A stretch of DNA of 63,270 nt, filler included, from Sphacelaria rigidula (GCA_964200075.2; 7 parts of 7 records of this genome joined end to end with filler, not necessarily neighbours in it), one strand, 5' to 3'. Positions 1 through 12,717 are shown, counted from the first letter of the whole stretch. Notes: generated by a model from the letters alone, not told the origin. Numbers and translations are program-made.

Positions 1-238
1 GCGACCATGTCACGGGTACACAAAATTCGACTTCATGGTCGACGAGGGAAAGGGACTGCTGAACCCCTCTCGCGATAGAAGGTTAAGGCAAGCACCGCAG
101 AAGGAAGGTGGGGTATTAAAAACGAATAAAAAAGAAGCTCCTGTGTTGACCTTCCTCCTGTGTGACCCGGCTGATGCGCCCACATATACCGAAAGGTGTA
201 GACTGGTGCCCAGAACAAATGGGACGACAACACACACA
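1..238 (+). mobile_element. tRNA-derived SINE, 3' portion (5' end cut by scaffold start)
   Basis: Colinear with 58972-59210 (shared blocks such as GCAAGCACCGCAGAAGG and TTCCTCCTGTGTGACCC). Ends in a short CA-rich tail. Confidence 0.7.
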
Positions 239-2824
239 AGTCAACGTACATTCGTAACTTCGACTTCGGAACAATTTGACGGGCACTGATTGGTCGATAG
301 ACCTTTTCGCTCTTGGCGCCACCACCATGGGCTTACACACTAATCTAGCTATGTCACGCTCTTCAGCTGTCCATGGCGGTCAGTGCGACATTTGGGTAGG
401 TATTGCGGAAGAAATTTGCTCATGACACAAGTTTGAGTGAAAAGCGTGAACCAGCCTGTGTGACTGTGTGCGTCCCCTGGCAGCTGCCTGAACTGCGGAA
501 TCTGTACAAGCTGGCCCGGGCAGGTCAGGAGTGGGCTATGACTCATCAAGGAAGAATTATCTTCCCTGCACGAGAAATCGTGAGAACAATACTCGAACAC
601 CGCGACACCCGTGTCGTGAGCCGAGGACACTTTGCAACACACACTCAATTTCATACTCCACCTCGAGAATCGTTGGCTCATCGGAGGCCACTCATCTCAC
701 AAATCCGAATCACGACGAGAACCCCCGCACCACGCATTACTCGCTGGTCACGATTAGCTGCAGGCAGGGTATATCCCGCCATCCCTGCGTTGACTTCTCG
801 TCTCGCATCATGAAGTGATCGGCTACAGAACCGGGCCGTAGCCACGGAAGTATAGGCACCTTTAGGTGGACAAACGGAAACACCCGCTGAGAAAGGTGAC
901 CAAATAAATAATGAGACAAGAAAAGCCACGAGGAAAGAGACGCAGAGCGGAGCACGGCCGGGGAGAACACCGGGCGATAAAAAAACTACCCTAAAACTGT
1001 ACCATTGAATCGTTGATTTCACAGGTGATGGTTGCATGAATCTACTCTCTTCCCAAAACTTGAAAGGCTCGCTTCTCCTCCCTCATTCCTCCCACACCAC
1101 GAAGTGGAGAACTTGATACAGAACGCTCACGACCTCCGTCATTCAGGCACGGCTGGAGGAACCGCAGCGACAAAAAAAACCGCCGAGGAGATATGCTCGT
1201 CTTCCATCTCTGTTACATCCAAGTCGAGGCAGTTGAAAGAAAGTGTACGGTGACCCCGCCGCGGGGGGGGGAACTTTCGGTCGATCGAAATCAAACTTGA
1301 ATCGTGTGCCCGACGGCCTACTTAGTAGTAGATTCAAGACGGGAAATACGGGATTTCCGTCACTGTTATTTTGTTCCGTAACCTGACAGTTCGTGTTATC
1401 CAAGAATAGAAGGGGCACCAAGACATTCAAGAGTATCGTATTCATATTCTAATGTCACTGTGGTACGCGTGGCCTCGACCTCTGAGAGTTTTCGCCACAT
1501 TTGAACAGAGGAGTCGCCGAGCGCTGCTAGATGACCGAAAATCTTTACACCATAACCCCCTGCTGCTGCTCTTCACTTCTATCCCGTCGAAGGCTCTCTC
1601 GAACAGTTCGAAAGTCCGGCGAACCTTTTAACGAAGCATTTATTCATGTCTTCGTTTTGTTTGGTGCATGCGGAGGGATTATCACCTCTTGAATACAGGT
1701 GTTTTACAGTAGCTCTTCCACCTCCACCAGGCCTCGCCCATCACGTGTTCTTCCCCAAATGGAGAGTGTGGACGACGACCCCCTGAATACCCACTACCGC
1801 AGTACTACAGAACAAGGTTTGCTCCCACACGTTCCATACTCATGAGGGGACTAATCAGTTGGCATTAAATCGACACAAGTATATATTTGCAGCATAGTAT
1901 AGCGGTTAAAGTTCGAAATCTAGACAAACCACAAGTAGTGTATATCTAGGGAAGACATCTTGGAATGACCTCAACATTGCAATGAAGGAACACTCTCGGA
2001 AATTGACCTCTTTCATACGACGAAAAGATGGGTCCTTCTCAACCTTTTTCGCTTACCGCTGCGCTGCTACCACAACAAATATCAACACGCCCGAAGACCG
2101 TCACCCCGCCTTCCCTCCCGACTAGCATTTCGCCCATTCTTTCCCATAAAATCCCTCCTCCCTTTTTTCATCCGTGAGGGGGGCTCCAAATCGTCGGCGC
2201 CATGACCCCTCCATGGATTGGTTCCTTAGCCAAGAGGAGGGGGGTGGTCGACCGCCGGCTTCGTGCGGGAGGTCCTCCTGCCTTCATTTGTCCCCTCTCA
2301 CGTCTTTATTCATGGCAAAAGCGACATGTTATGGATCTCGTTTCATGATTTTCTCCTTCCAGTTGTACGCATCGCTTGCGATTCTCTGATCTTTCCCTCT
2401 TCCTCCGGTCTTACATAGGCTCAAATTGCAGTACATACGTGATATCTTCGTCGGAGGCTGACGATGGTGCTGGTGGAGTATATCTGTTGACAATTGTTTC
2501 AGAGTTCCGGGGATCGGCGGCGGCAGGAAGAGGAGGGGGCGTGAGAAGGGAGAGAGGGGAGGAGAGGAGAAGTGACGTTGTGGGGTTTTTGCGCGTATCC
2601 CCCCGTTCGCGGTCGCCCACGGTTTCTGCTCGGCCTCATGTTTGCAATACTGTATACATTTGAAATGGGCGAACGTGAAGGTACGTGTTTGGTATAGTGG
2701 GCATGGAAGCGACACATTTTCGCTCGCCAATGTAAGAAGAGAAACATACAATTTTTCCGTGAGGGTACTGATGAAAGAAAGGACGTTTTTCCAAGACACC
2801 TTGCACAAACAAAAAATGTCGAAA

Positions 2825-2885
2825 AAACTGTATTGCGTACAGTGTGGAATCTACTGTTTACTGCAATTGATGCAATAGTCGATAC
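2825..2885. repeat. dispersed repeat, inverted homolog at about 62228-62285
   Basis: TATTGCGTACAGTGTGGAATCTACTGTTTACTGC matches the reverse complement of GCAGTAGACAATAGATTCCATACTGTACGCAGTA. Confidence 0.65.
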
Positions 2886-3419
2886 TGTACACATTACATT
2901 TTGGGGGGATATCCTCAACACCCTTCACGTTCGTGACCATCGCCACTGTTGGGAACCTGTTTCATGTCCAATACACGTTCGTACCACGTCCCCAAAAAAA
3001 CGTTCGTGTCAATGAAGCCTCCATTCTTTGCATACCTTCGGAGCCAAGGCCATGTTATATTTCATGAGTTCCGCATACATTGCAAATCACACCTCCACGA
3101 CAAGAACAAGAACAGACAGATACCACAATGCTCTGCAATGCCTGAGGCCCCAAAATGGAGAAAAAAGTGGACTGTCGTTCACGCGTCATGGCAAGTGTGA
3201 GTGGCATGAACAATCGGTTAATTCCGCAATTTTGACAGGGGATAGGTATGTGTCCATCATCCAACCCATATGACATGAAGGTAGGAAATAGCTACCGTTG
3301 GCAGTGTACTGCACGACACAAAAGCTTAAAACCTTCATGACTTACAAATGATGTACGAATCGCATGATTTATCCGTCGAAAACAATTATACGAGTTGCGC
3401 TGGTCCATGAGATATACAC

Positions 3420-3501
3420 GCGACTTTTGCGCCATCCAACGTGTCTGGGCTGCGTGTACCTAGGTTGCAACGCTGAAAACAAAGCCTGGGGATTGATTCG
3501 T
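3420..3501 (+). repeat. dispersed repeat; inverted copy at 4091-4167, direct copy at about 57290-57372
   Basis: Shared core CTTTTGCGCCAT...GGCTGCGyGTACCT...TTGCAACGCTGAAAACAAAGCC in all three copies. Confidence 0.75.
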
Positions 3502-3785
3502 CACGAGTCGAATCAAATATACTGTACCGTCAAAATAGGTTTACAGAGTATCACTCCGGGCAGACGCGTGTGCTCTTCCTCGATGAGAATAAAAAGTCAT
3601 GTAACAAATCACCGTATGCATCATCGAAAGTAGCTCGATACCGTGACAAAAGTGAACAGCCTCACAAAAAGCATCAAGAATCCAGCCTTGATCAATTTTG
3701 TCTTTACGTAACAAACCGCAAAAAAAAAACAGTGTTCCCTACCGTACATCCTACTCGCAATACTCTCCCGAAACAACGTCGGAAC

Positions 3786-6700
3786 TCACTTGATAGGAAT
3801 TCCGGTAGCATCGTAGTACTGCCAACCCTTTTCCTCCGTAACGCCCGATCGCATCCATATTGTGGCAACCCATTTGGTACCCTCGACAACCGGGCACTCC
3901 GAGTACCGTGTAAACCCGGTGTCAGTCCGGCCGTCCAGGTCGAGGTACGAGAAAAACACGGCCTGAAATTGAATTGTCGAGGGGTGCAAACGACGGACGG
4001 AGTAAGAAGTGAAAGGGGAGGGGGGGGAAAGCACCCATGCTCCTGCACGCCGTGGTCATAACACCATATAATGTTGCATGCTATACTAGAACCAATCCCT
4101 GGGCTTTGTTATCAGCGTTGCAACCCAGGTAAACGCAGCCCCGACACGTGGAATGGCGCAAAAGTTGAGTGGATACCCCTTGGACCAGCGATCATCTTTT
4201 TTCTCCCTTTTGGGCAATCAGGCCGAAGAACTCGTGAATCTGGTGATTTTGAGTCGTGATGATTTGTCCTAACCGTGAAACCCTGAACGAAGCACGCCGG
4301 ATTTTCGCCGGACAACGCCCACATTGATTCACTATGCGCGAAGCACCGTCATGATTTCAGAGAGTCGCACAAAGGGTGAGCTGCATCCTACCAGGATTGT
4401 CAGATGCGAAGCGCAGTGATTATCTTCCATACGGATGATGGCATCGAGAGAGTTGCTCCATTTCATGGCATCGCCACTTAGAGACACAGCCACGCGGCGT
4501 ATACACTGGTTTGGGGTGAGCTCTCCCGCACCGCGTCAACTCACGTCAAACAAACCCAGTCGAGTACTTGATTTACTCACGCTCTCATGCTTTCCAGGGT
4601 GGAAATCAGTCATGTATTATAGTTGATTTTTTGGAACGGATTAACGATGACGCCAACCCTAACCCCGACCCAGGACGTGCGAGACCGGTCATGGGGGAAA
4701 CATACGTTCCCCCGAGGCAGAGAAAGCTTTGGCAGATCTGAGATCGACGCCGCAGGCGCAGATTCCAACAAAAACACGTTGTGATCGAGCTGAGTCTGTT
4801 GCTCACCTGCCTCAACCCATGAGTTTTCTCAGAACTTTTCTAGTTTAAACTCTAGTCAAAATGTCAACCATCTACATACCACCAGAGCTCTAGGTCTACT
4901 GGTTCTCTCGCCCCTTTAGTATGATCTAGCTCGACGACTGTGATGGTTGCCGCAAAAATAAGAACGGTAACATGGTTGCTCAGCTTGCGCCGTGAGTGGC
5001 GTGTTTCGCAGCAGCGTTGCCAACCGAATCCAACCCCATTGACGGCGGAAGGGGGAGGGCTGTAAGACTGTTGGCTTCGCATCCCTGTAAAGCCGAGACG
5101 GAGCAAGCCGGGTTCTCGCCGGGCCAGGCTTGCTCTCAGTCACCAAGCGCGAAGGGCCGTGGTGTGTTGGGGATTCGAATGAAAGTTAAGCTGCGGCCTG
5201 CTGAGATTTCTCGACCCGAAGACTACTGATTATCTTGCATTTGGATGACAGCCTGCAATGCGTTGCTTTGTTTTCTCGCATCGCCACTCCCAGAGACATA
5301 CATCGCTTCAACAGTGCCTCATGGGTGTCACCAGGTAGTGCAGGGGGGGTGTACGTATGATCATGCATGACATCATCATCAGACCGTTGAACTTACATCC
5401 CTACAAAGCCGGGACGGAGCGCGCCGGGTTCTCGCCGGACGAAGCTCGCACTTAATCAACTAGCGCCGTGGTGTGCTCGGCGAGTCGCATCAAGGGTAGG
5501 CTACATCCTGCTGAGATTGTTCGGCCCGCAGCCTACTCGTCATCTCGCATGTGGACGACAGCCTACAAAAGGTTTCTTTATTTTCTGGTATCGCCACTTC
5601 CAGAGACAGCTATTATTTATACACTGCGGAAGGGGGAGGGGGGTCCCGATTAAAATTGTTCGTTGGTGTCGCAGCATTGGTCATCTGCAATGTTTGACTG
5701 TTCTCACCTGTCCCACTTTTCCCTGAATAAAGACATCAGCAGAGCTGAAGGTTGTCCCGCCCCCAAGCTCAGCTGTCTCGCAGAACATCACCTGTTCGAA
5801 GAGAGATAATTGCCCAAAATAAAACCCGGAAAAATAGCATTTAGCGAGCGAACACCGCGAGGGGCCCCTTATCGGGAAATCCATGCATCACCCCCCATTC
5901 GCCCTAAACCTCATTGTGAGGTTGAACGAGGAGCGAGGTACCCTATTTCATGACTGGGGTACCCCCCTGATCGCTGGATAATGGCGATAGTGATTGCGGT
6001 ACTGCACCACGTGTTTGCCGGTAACGTCGGCCTGCGCCGCGGGTACCGGAACGGTAGGTAAGTAGAGAAGAACATGCCCGCACAAACAAGGAGTGAAAAT
6101 CAAAGCGCTCAGGGTACCGGCGCTGGAAATGTGCCGCAGATGCCAGAAGTTTTGCAAGGGGTGAACGTGAAGGGGGCGCGCACGCCTGGCACCCGGGAGT
6201 TTGCATGGATCTGCTCTTGCGGGCACAACAACATCAACATCAGTGTAATTACATTTGATAACTGCCGCTGCCTCGATGTTGGATATTATTTTTCGAAACA
6301 CCACGTCTATAACTTTCCCCTCTTCAACCTTCACCTCTCTCATGTCGCAGTGCAGTATGTTATGTAGTATGTAGATTACGCGTTTCATGAACGCGGCGGT
6401 CTGCCCAAACGCGGGCAAAGTACGTATTATCTGCAACTCAAACATTGTGCACGTCTATAATATCGTGACGTTTTCGTGCCGGCTGGTAACACCGCACAAT
6501 CAACTTACTGCATGTCCATTTCAGTCATTCGGTAGCAGTGTGGAACTCTTCGTCGTACACCGCACTTCTTAGCATGGCGGCTGTATCACTGCGATAGTGC
6601 AAGGTCGGTAACAACCAATCTTGCAAAAGTCAGCGGGACTCAACATTAATTATCCGGTGATCGCCGCGACTCGAAAGTCATTTTCCAGCCGGTAAAATTG

Positions 6701-8060
6701 ATCCCTGATCGCCACAAGAACAACTGGCATACCAAAACTCCTCGGTTTTGGGCTGCTCACCTTGAGGCGAGCCCAGAGATATTCGAATCATTGTCCAAAT
6801 CTGTATACTAGAGTAGGAAAAGAAACAAGATTTTTGCCAAATTGGTTGAGCATTTTCCTCATTCTCGACCGCAGGTAAGAGGGGGGTAGCGGTGGTGCAT
6901 GGACTTCCCGATATGGGGCACCTCGCACACCGCCATGAATACAGACGGAGTCAACACTTTGCGATAGCCCTCCCTCATCGACTCGCTCTCCCCCTTGATT
7001 CAAGGATATGGCTTGCGAGGTGATCACTACGTAAAACACAATACTTATTTGCTTCCAGTGAAATCATTCACGAAGTATGAATCAATCCTTGCGCGTTGTG
7101 TTTTCATCATCGCTCGCTCGTTACGTGGACAAGCGTATGGTAATTTGGGTGGAGAATTTCCGTTCTTCCTTCGGGAATCGTGGATTTGGTGACTCGAACC
7201 AGCGACGACTCGTACGACCTTCGCTACATCACTCTGGGGAGTCGGAGCATATATCTGAAAAAAACCAGTTTCGAGGAGCATTGGAAGCGAACTCATCACG
7301 ACGCTTCGAGCTTGGTGATCGCAAGCCTGATCGGGCGAAAACCCGGCGTGCTCCGTCCAGACTTTTGTAGGAATGCGAAGTAAATGGTTCCATGACTACG
7401 GTATACAATTTCACGACTACCCTCCCTTCCTCGCTTATCCCTCTTGACTCCTTGACCGTACCGGTATGTAGCATTACGGGATCAAGCCATATCTGCCCCG
7501 TGCTCTTTACCTGGTGCTGTAATGTCGAGTGTCGGATGGGCACTCCGGCAGCGCCTGGACGGTTATTCAGAAGTCATTACTTGTCATTACAGTTTTCGCT
7601 TCGTCGTGGCATATTTTTCACGGTCTCCGACAGGGCACACTGACCGTAAAAAGAGAATACCTGTAGCACTGTGGGGATTTGATGCCATGAAATACTGAAC
7701 ACCCTTCCCTCAAACAAGCACGCTGATGCCAACAACCTTTAGCCCCGTTGTCTACGTGTGTGCATGTGATAACATTCGAGGAAATAATCTCAACACACCT
7801 ACTCGTGCCTCCAAGGGTGAAGAAAAGCGAAAACAATGAAACACAACGATGGAGGAAGGCCGATCTCGAACCGTATCATCTGTCCCTCCCTCACCATGGA
7901 AGCTACCCGTCCCCCGGTTTTGAACTTCGTTCCCGTGCAGTCTCCGTCGCAGTGCGGCATGTACTCGTCCGTCGTGTCGTATTTAACCATGGTAATGTCC
8001 TCTTGCCCCTCGGTTGTCAAGTTGTGCCCTGTAACATTGCTGGCGAAGTCGTACGCTCGT
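3786..8060 (-). CDS. prolyl 4-hydroxylase alpha-like 2OG-Fe(II) dioxygenase, last three exons (5' part not found in this scaffold); possibly catalytically dead
   Basis: Exons 8060-7895, 5791-5708 and 3962-3786 have canonical AG/GT ends and phase-0 joins. Spliced: ...QEDITMVKYDTTDEYMPHCDG...GGRVASM|VMFCETAELGGGTTF...KVGQ|AVFFSY...CPVVEGTKWVATIWMR...stop. HxD, GGxTxF and CPVxxGxKW are P4H motifs. Confidence 0.88.
4278..5610 (+). repeat. three diverged copies of a ~220 bp repeat inside the last P4H intron (about 4278-4490, 5078-5298, 5395-5610)
   Basis: Shared blocks GCCGGgTTcTCGCCGG, GCTrCrkCCT and ATCGCCACT...AGAGACA. Confidence 0.65.
4654..4817 (+). repeat. dispersed repeat beginning with telomere-like CCCTAA; second copy at about 16524-16690
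   Basis: Both copies read AACCCTAAyCCCGACCCA...CGCCGCAGGCGC.GATT...AAACACGTT...TGCTCACCTGCC. Confidence 0.65.
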
Positions 8061-8956
8061 CTGCCCCGAAAAAACAAGATCATTGAAAATGGGAGGGGAA
8101 GGGGGGACTCGTGATCTTGCATGCCGTATCCGTACAAGCATGCGCCGTAAAATCGATGGGGGCATGTAATTGATATCAAGGAAAAAAACACGGCATCTGT
8201 TTCGGCCTCCAGCTTGTAGCGGTCCGAGAGCAAGGATCAACACAAAATAGAGGGGAGAATATTCACAAACGACGTATCGGAACCGTCTCCACGCCGTCGG
8301 GAGTTCAATGACTTTGTGACATTTTTAGCTCAAGCTTCGAGCGTTTGGTATCCAAAATTTCGAGGGGAGACGCACAGCAATAATGCCCATTGTTCCGAAA
8401 AATGAAGACGGATTTGGTAGTCTTTATATATAATGACAAGGAAATATCGCAACGATCAACGAAATATCAATTTTGCACTTTTTCCCGGTCCGTAAAATCT
8501 TTCAACGTTCGAATATCGGGCCCAAGTCCAAGGCTCGTTATTTCATTATAGTCTCGAGTAGTGTGATCATGCTACAAGACTCGGAGCGAGGATGCAAGGC
8601 CCGACAAATGACGACTCATCTGGGAATGACTTGCTTGAAGTCTCCCTGCCATACGAATTGATCCTTGCTTTCTTTTGCCGCGTTGCCCTCCCTTCAGTGC
8701 GCGCACATGGAATGGCGCAAAAAATACAAGCACTTTTCGGACCGCGAGCATTTCTTCTTACAGTAGTCAGCGTCAAAAGTATGCAGAATCCGTAATTCCT
8801 TAGTTTCTCAAAGTTGTCCAAATTTGTTTTGCTTGCCACAGCTATCACGGTGACTGTTGGATGCGAAAAAATGCGCTCCCGGGGTTATTTGAATCCTCTT
8901 GACAAATATTGAAAGGAAAATCATCACCGATCAATCATGAGTGACTTACGGGCTTG

Positions 8957-9056
8957 NNNNNNNNNNNNNNNNNNNNNNNNNNNNNNNNNNNNNNNNNNNN
9001 TTAATTAATTAANNNNNNNNNNNNNNNNNNNNNNNNNNNNNNNNNNNNNNNNNNNN
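8957..9056. other. artificial scaffold spacer
   Basis: 100 nt of N with a central TTAATTAATTAA (stops in all six frames). Confidence 0.98.
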
Positions 9057-11960
9057 CTAGGTTTTGGTGGCTTGTTTTACAGCGCCGTTGCCACTCGACG
9101 CCAACCCAAGAGTCTAGAGGTGAGGGGGGGTAGAAAGTGTCGGGGATGTCCGGAGTGATTTGGGCGTGGTGTCTACGTGTACTACTGTTGTATTCGTTAG
9201 TCATGGGCCAGTAAATTACCTTGTCTTGTTGCTGACGTACCTTTGCACGTTCGTGCAATCCGTTGCACCTTAGAGTCGACCGGTTATTGTGATCGTTCGG
9301 GCAGTTATTCGCGTGTTCGCTGTTTATCATGTCATTGCGCGGGGCGGTTATATCATCGAATCCTTCATGCGTGTAAGCTCTACTCTCCCATCTACTGTAC
9401 TGTGCCGACATTTGCTTTCTATAGTAAGTCTTGGTGGGGTTGATCATCGACTTTGTTGTCGGGTGTGGGTGATGCGGAATGGAACTACGCGATCTACGGC
9501 TACGACGTACTTAGTGTTGCTAAATGCATCGGTACTTCTGCTCTCACCGTGGAAGAAGCTTGCCGCCACCGACCCCGGTTGGGGGGCCTGGGCGATACCC
9601 ACCGATTTCGCTGGGTCCGTGACCGATGCTCCTCCTCCCCCCAGACTGGTAGGCCCCGCCGACTGGCGGAGCCCGCACCCTCAGGTGCCCCGCCCGGCTC
9701 CGCCATTGCCGCCGTAGTTGTGGGGAAACCGCGCCACTGTACCCGCTGCGGCCGCCGGTGCCGGTGGGTTTGCCGCCACCGTTACCGGGGCTGATGGTGT
9801 CATCTTGACCGCCGCTGGCGACTGGGCAAGCGGGCCTCCGACGGCTTCGTGCTTGCTGGTGTGGTCCGGGAAGCGGCAGCCGCGCCCCCGTGGGCATGTG
9901 AGGCCCTGCCATGCTCGCAAGCAGACGCCCGCCGGCGGAGCCCATGACACCAGTTCCGTGTTGGAATCCGTGTTTGCCTGGGTGAGGTGAGACCACTAGA
10001 GTGGGTACGACGAGGGGTGGGGGGCGACGCCTTTTACCGCGTTGTTTGCGCCTCCGTCGGGGAGCGCCTGCCGGTTTGTGGCAGTCTTGGGGGCGGGCTG
10101 CGCGGGTGAGCCTGCTGCGGATGAGGCCGGGGTTCGGCCGACCGATGAGGCTGCTGGGGTGGCCGTCGGCGGTGAGCGCCTTAACGCGGGTGAACGCTGG
10201 TACCGGCGCTGCAGGTCCCTGCCCATTAGCGGGTGGGACGGTGGGTGAATCCGTGCGCAGATTAAGCGTGGCGTCCCTGCAGTCTGTAAGCCACCCGTTG
10301 ACGTCGTGGTTGAAGTCGGTAATTATCCGAGCTTTGACGGCAACCTCGTCTTTGTACAGTTCGGCGTAACTTTTCCCGGTGTAGGCGTCGAGCGCCGACG
10401 CCATTCTTAAGAGCCCCCCCGTGATGAAAGCCCTCCTATCGCGCCCGCCGTCATTGTCGTTGGTGCTGACGTTTTTGATGATGGTCAGCGCCTTGATGAA
10501 AGTAGTAACGTGAACCTCGGCACGGAAGTATGGTTTTGTCGTGGCGGGGGACACCGGGGAGTGGAAGTTCGCGACGTCCACATCGGTTAGCGTCTGGAGG
10601 TTGGTGAACATGTCGCGGTTGCTGTCTGCCACATTGCGGAGTTTAAGCTCGAGGTTTGCGTCCGACATCGGGATGGAAATGGAGACCCCAACCCTCAGAA
10701 GGAGAGATAAGTGCTTTGTTTTCGTCCAAGAGCCAGTTGTTGATTTCCCGCTTCTCCTGCATTTCGTCTGCCTTCTTTCTACTGGCGGGGGCGGTGTTGG
10801 CCGCTCCCATTGCTTGAATAACTTGTTGAATCTGCCCCCTCCCCCATGGTTGAGGAGCTGGAGGAGTTATTGCACCTGGGGCTGGGGCTGTGCTTGGTAT
10901 TGCTGGAGTTGAAGTTGCTGTTGTTGCTGGTGTTCCCCACCGATGGCTTGGGCCCTCTGCGCTTGGTCGCCGTACTGTTGGTATTGCTGTGAGTTGTGTT
11001 GCTGTACGTGGTGCTGGCCCGGCTGCGGCTGCGGCTGCGGCTGTCGATATTGCTGATGCGGCTGCGGCTGCGGTGGTTGAAATTGCTGATGCCGTTGCGG
11101 CTGTTGGTGTTGTTGATGCAGCTGCGGTTGTTGTTGCTGTTGATGCGGCTGCGGCTCTTGCTGCTGCTGATGCGATTGCGGCCCTCTGATGGATGGCGGA
11201 GGAGGACCACTGGGGGCGGGCGGGAGCAGCCCGCCTGCTCCTCCTCCGGCCAGTTGTTGTTGCTGTGCGGTGCTCGCCGGTTGACGACCGGCCCCGCCAT
11301 GTTGTTGTGGGTGCCCGAACTGGAGAAGTTGCATCTGCTGGTTGAACGGTTGTGATCGCTTGGCTCTGTTACTGGTGTTGCCGTGTCATGTGGTGGATGT
11401 TGTTGTTGGTCTGTGCTTGTGCCTGTAGGATTTGGACCAGCACGTCTGACGGCTGGGTTGCGCCAGGCGGGGGTCCCATCGGGAGTGGTGGGGGCGCTTG
11501 TGCGACAGCGTTGCACTGCACTGCGCTGCTCCGCGAGCCAGCGTGTTGGTCGGCGGAGGTCGTACCGCTGTGCGCGCCTCCGTGTTGTGGGGCCGCGACT
11601 AGACCTGGCTCCCCTCTTGCCGTTGCTGCCATCCCTCCTTTCGCTCCCGCTGTCTTCAATGCGCCCATTGCCCGAGCTCCTGGTGTGCTTCTATGCTGAT
11701 GTTGGTCTTGGTCTTGTAGGGCTGCTGCCGCTGATGCTGCTGATGCTGCTGATGCTGCTGTTCCCGATGCTGGTGTGTCGGCCATTGTAAAAATCGATCA
11801 AGTGCCAGAGACTACTGTGCTACCAAGACTGCTGGCGTGCCACTGTCTGGGCGTTTGGTCTCGAGTGATACTGTCTGCTTCTTTGGTGCTCTTGCACTAG
11901 ACCAGTCTCTCTCGCTTGGACATCACTCTGTGACAGTGGTGCTTTGACTACCCAAACCCC
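9057..11960 (-). mobile_element. degenerate DIRS/Ngaro-like (tyrosine-recombinase) retrotransposon 5' part: gag-like ORF1 and possible start of ORF2, truncated by scaffold end
   Basis: One long intronless coding-like tract starts at ATG 11785 and is broken by stops (11369-11371, 10867-10869) and frameshifts. It has a Q/A/P-rich N-terminus, a globular segment (about 10668-10250) and a CCCH knuckle CLRAWQGLTCPRGRGCRFPDH (9923-9861). A further ORF (9447-9057) ends PPSPLDSWVGVEWQRRC. RT and recombinase motifs are not visible. Confidence 0.55.
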
Positions 11961-12362
11961 TTATATTTGATTTCGACCTCGGCATACGCCAGAATACACC
12001 CCTTATAACTCGTCATCCGCCGACACAAACCTCGTATTTATTCTTGCAGAATACAGCCATTCCATGCAGAGTGGACATTTAACTCTGGAGTTTGACCTTA
12101 TTTGTTGAGACCCCAGAAATTTTGTACTTGCATATTATAGTGTAGACCATGACCCGAGATATACAGATCGATCGAACCATATGCGCAACCCCTCTAGTGG
12201 GGTGTGTTATCCCCCAAGATCTACGGTGTGTCTACAGAATGGCCTTAATGTTTCACCCGTCAGGACGGTGCCGTATCGATGATGTTGCCATTCGCAGTAG
12301 GTTTCAAGGCGAGGGTGTCGTCATAATATCATTAAAAAATGAGCAGTGTGGGACTGATTTAC

Positions 12363-12476
12363 CTGAGCAGCAACCTTTTCCAGCAAGTCGTCTGGGAAGC
12401 AAGTGCTGTTGGCGAACACCACGTCGCCATCTGACCAATCAAATTCCAGGAAACATTCAAGATATACCGCAGCATG
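12363..12476 (-). CDS. single internal exon of a DOT1-like class I SAM-dependent methyltransferase
   Basis: 114-nt phase-0 exon bounded by TAG and GTAAAT, encoding HAAVYLECFLEFDWSDGDVVFANSTCFPDDLLEKVAAQ. DWSDxDVVFANSTCF is typical of protist DOT1-like proteins. Not in the ORF track; other exons not located. Confidence 0.7.
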
Positions 12477-12648
12477 CTATCGGCAGAGTTACACGCGAAT
12501 ATGAAAAACAAACGTGGCACGAAATGAAGGTGGGGTAGGGGGGATTGGGGGGGGGGGGGGGGGAGAAAGGTAAAAAAAAAAAAGGAAAGAGGGGGGAGGG
12601 GTGTGGGAGGAAAATTGGGAGAATATGAGAAGCGNNNNNNNAAGAAAA

Positions 12649-12717
<69 letters not shown>

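Noticed and set aside
5948-7400. ORFs inside the P4H intron as a nested gene or transposase
   Set aside because: No diagnostic motifs; left unassigned.
10890-11790. Plus-strand Leu/Arg- and Ala/Val-rich ORFs
   Set aside because: Antisense shadows of the minus-strand Q-rich gag-like tract.
12536-12716. Long poly-G/purine tract giving a poly-Pro ORF (similar tracts at 45083-45123 and 50397-50430)
   Set aside because: Homopolymers near N gaps; lengths are unreliable and there is no coding evidence.
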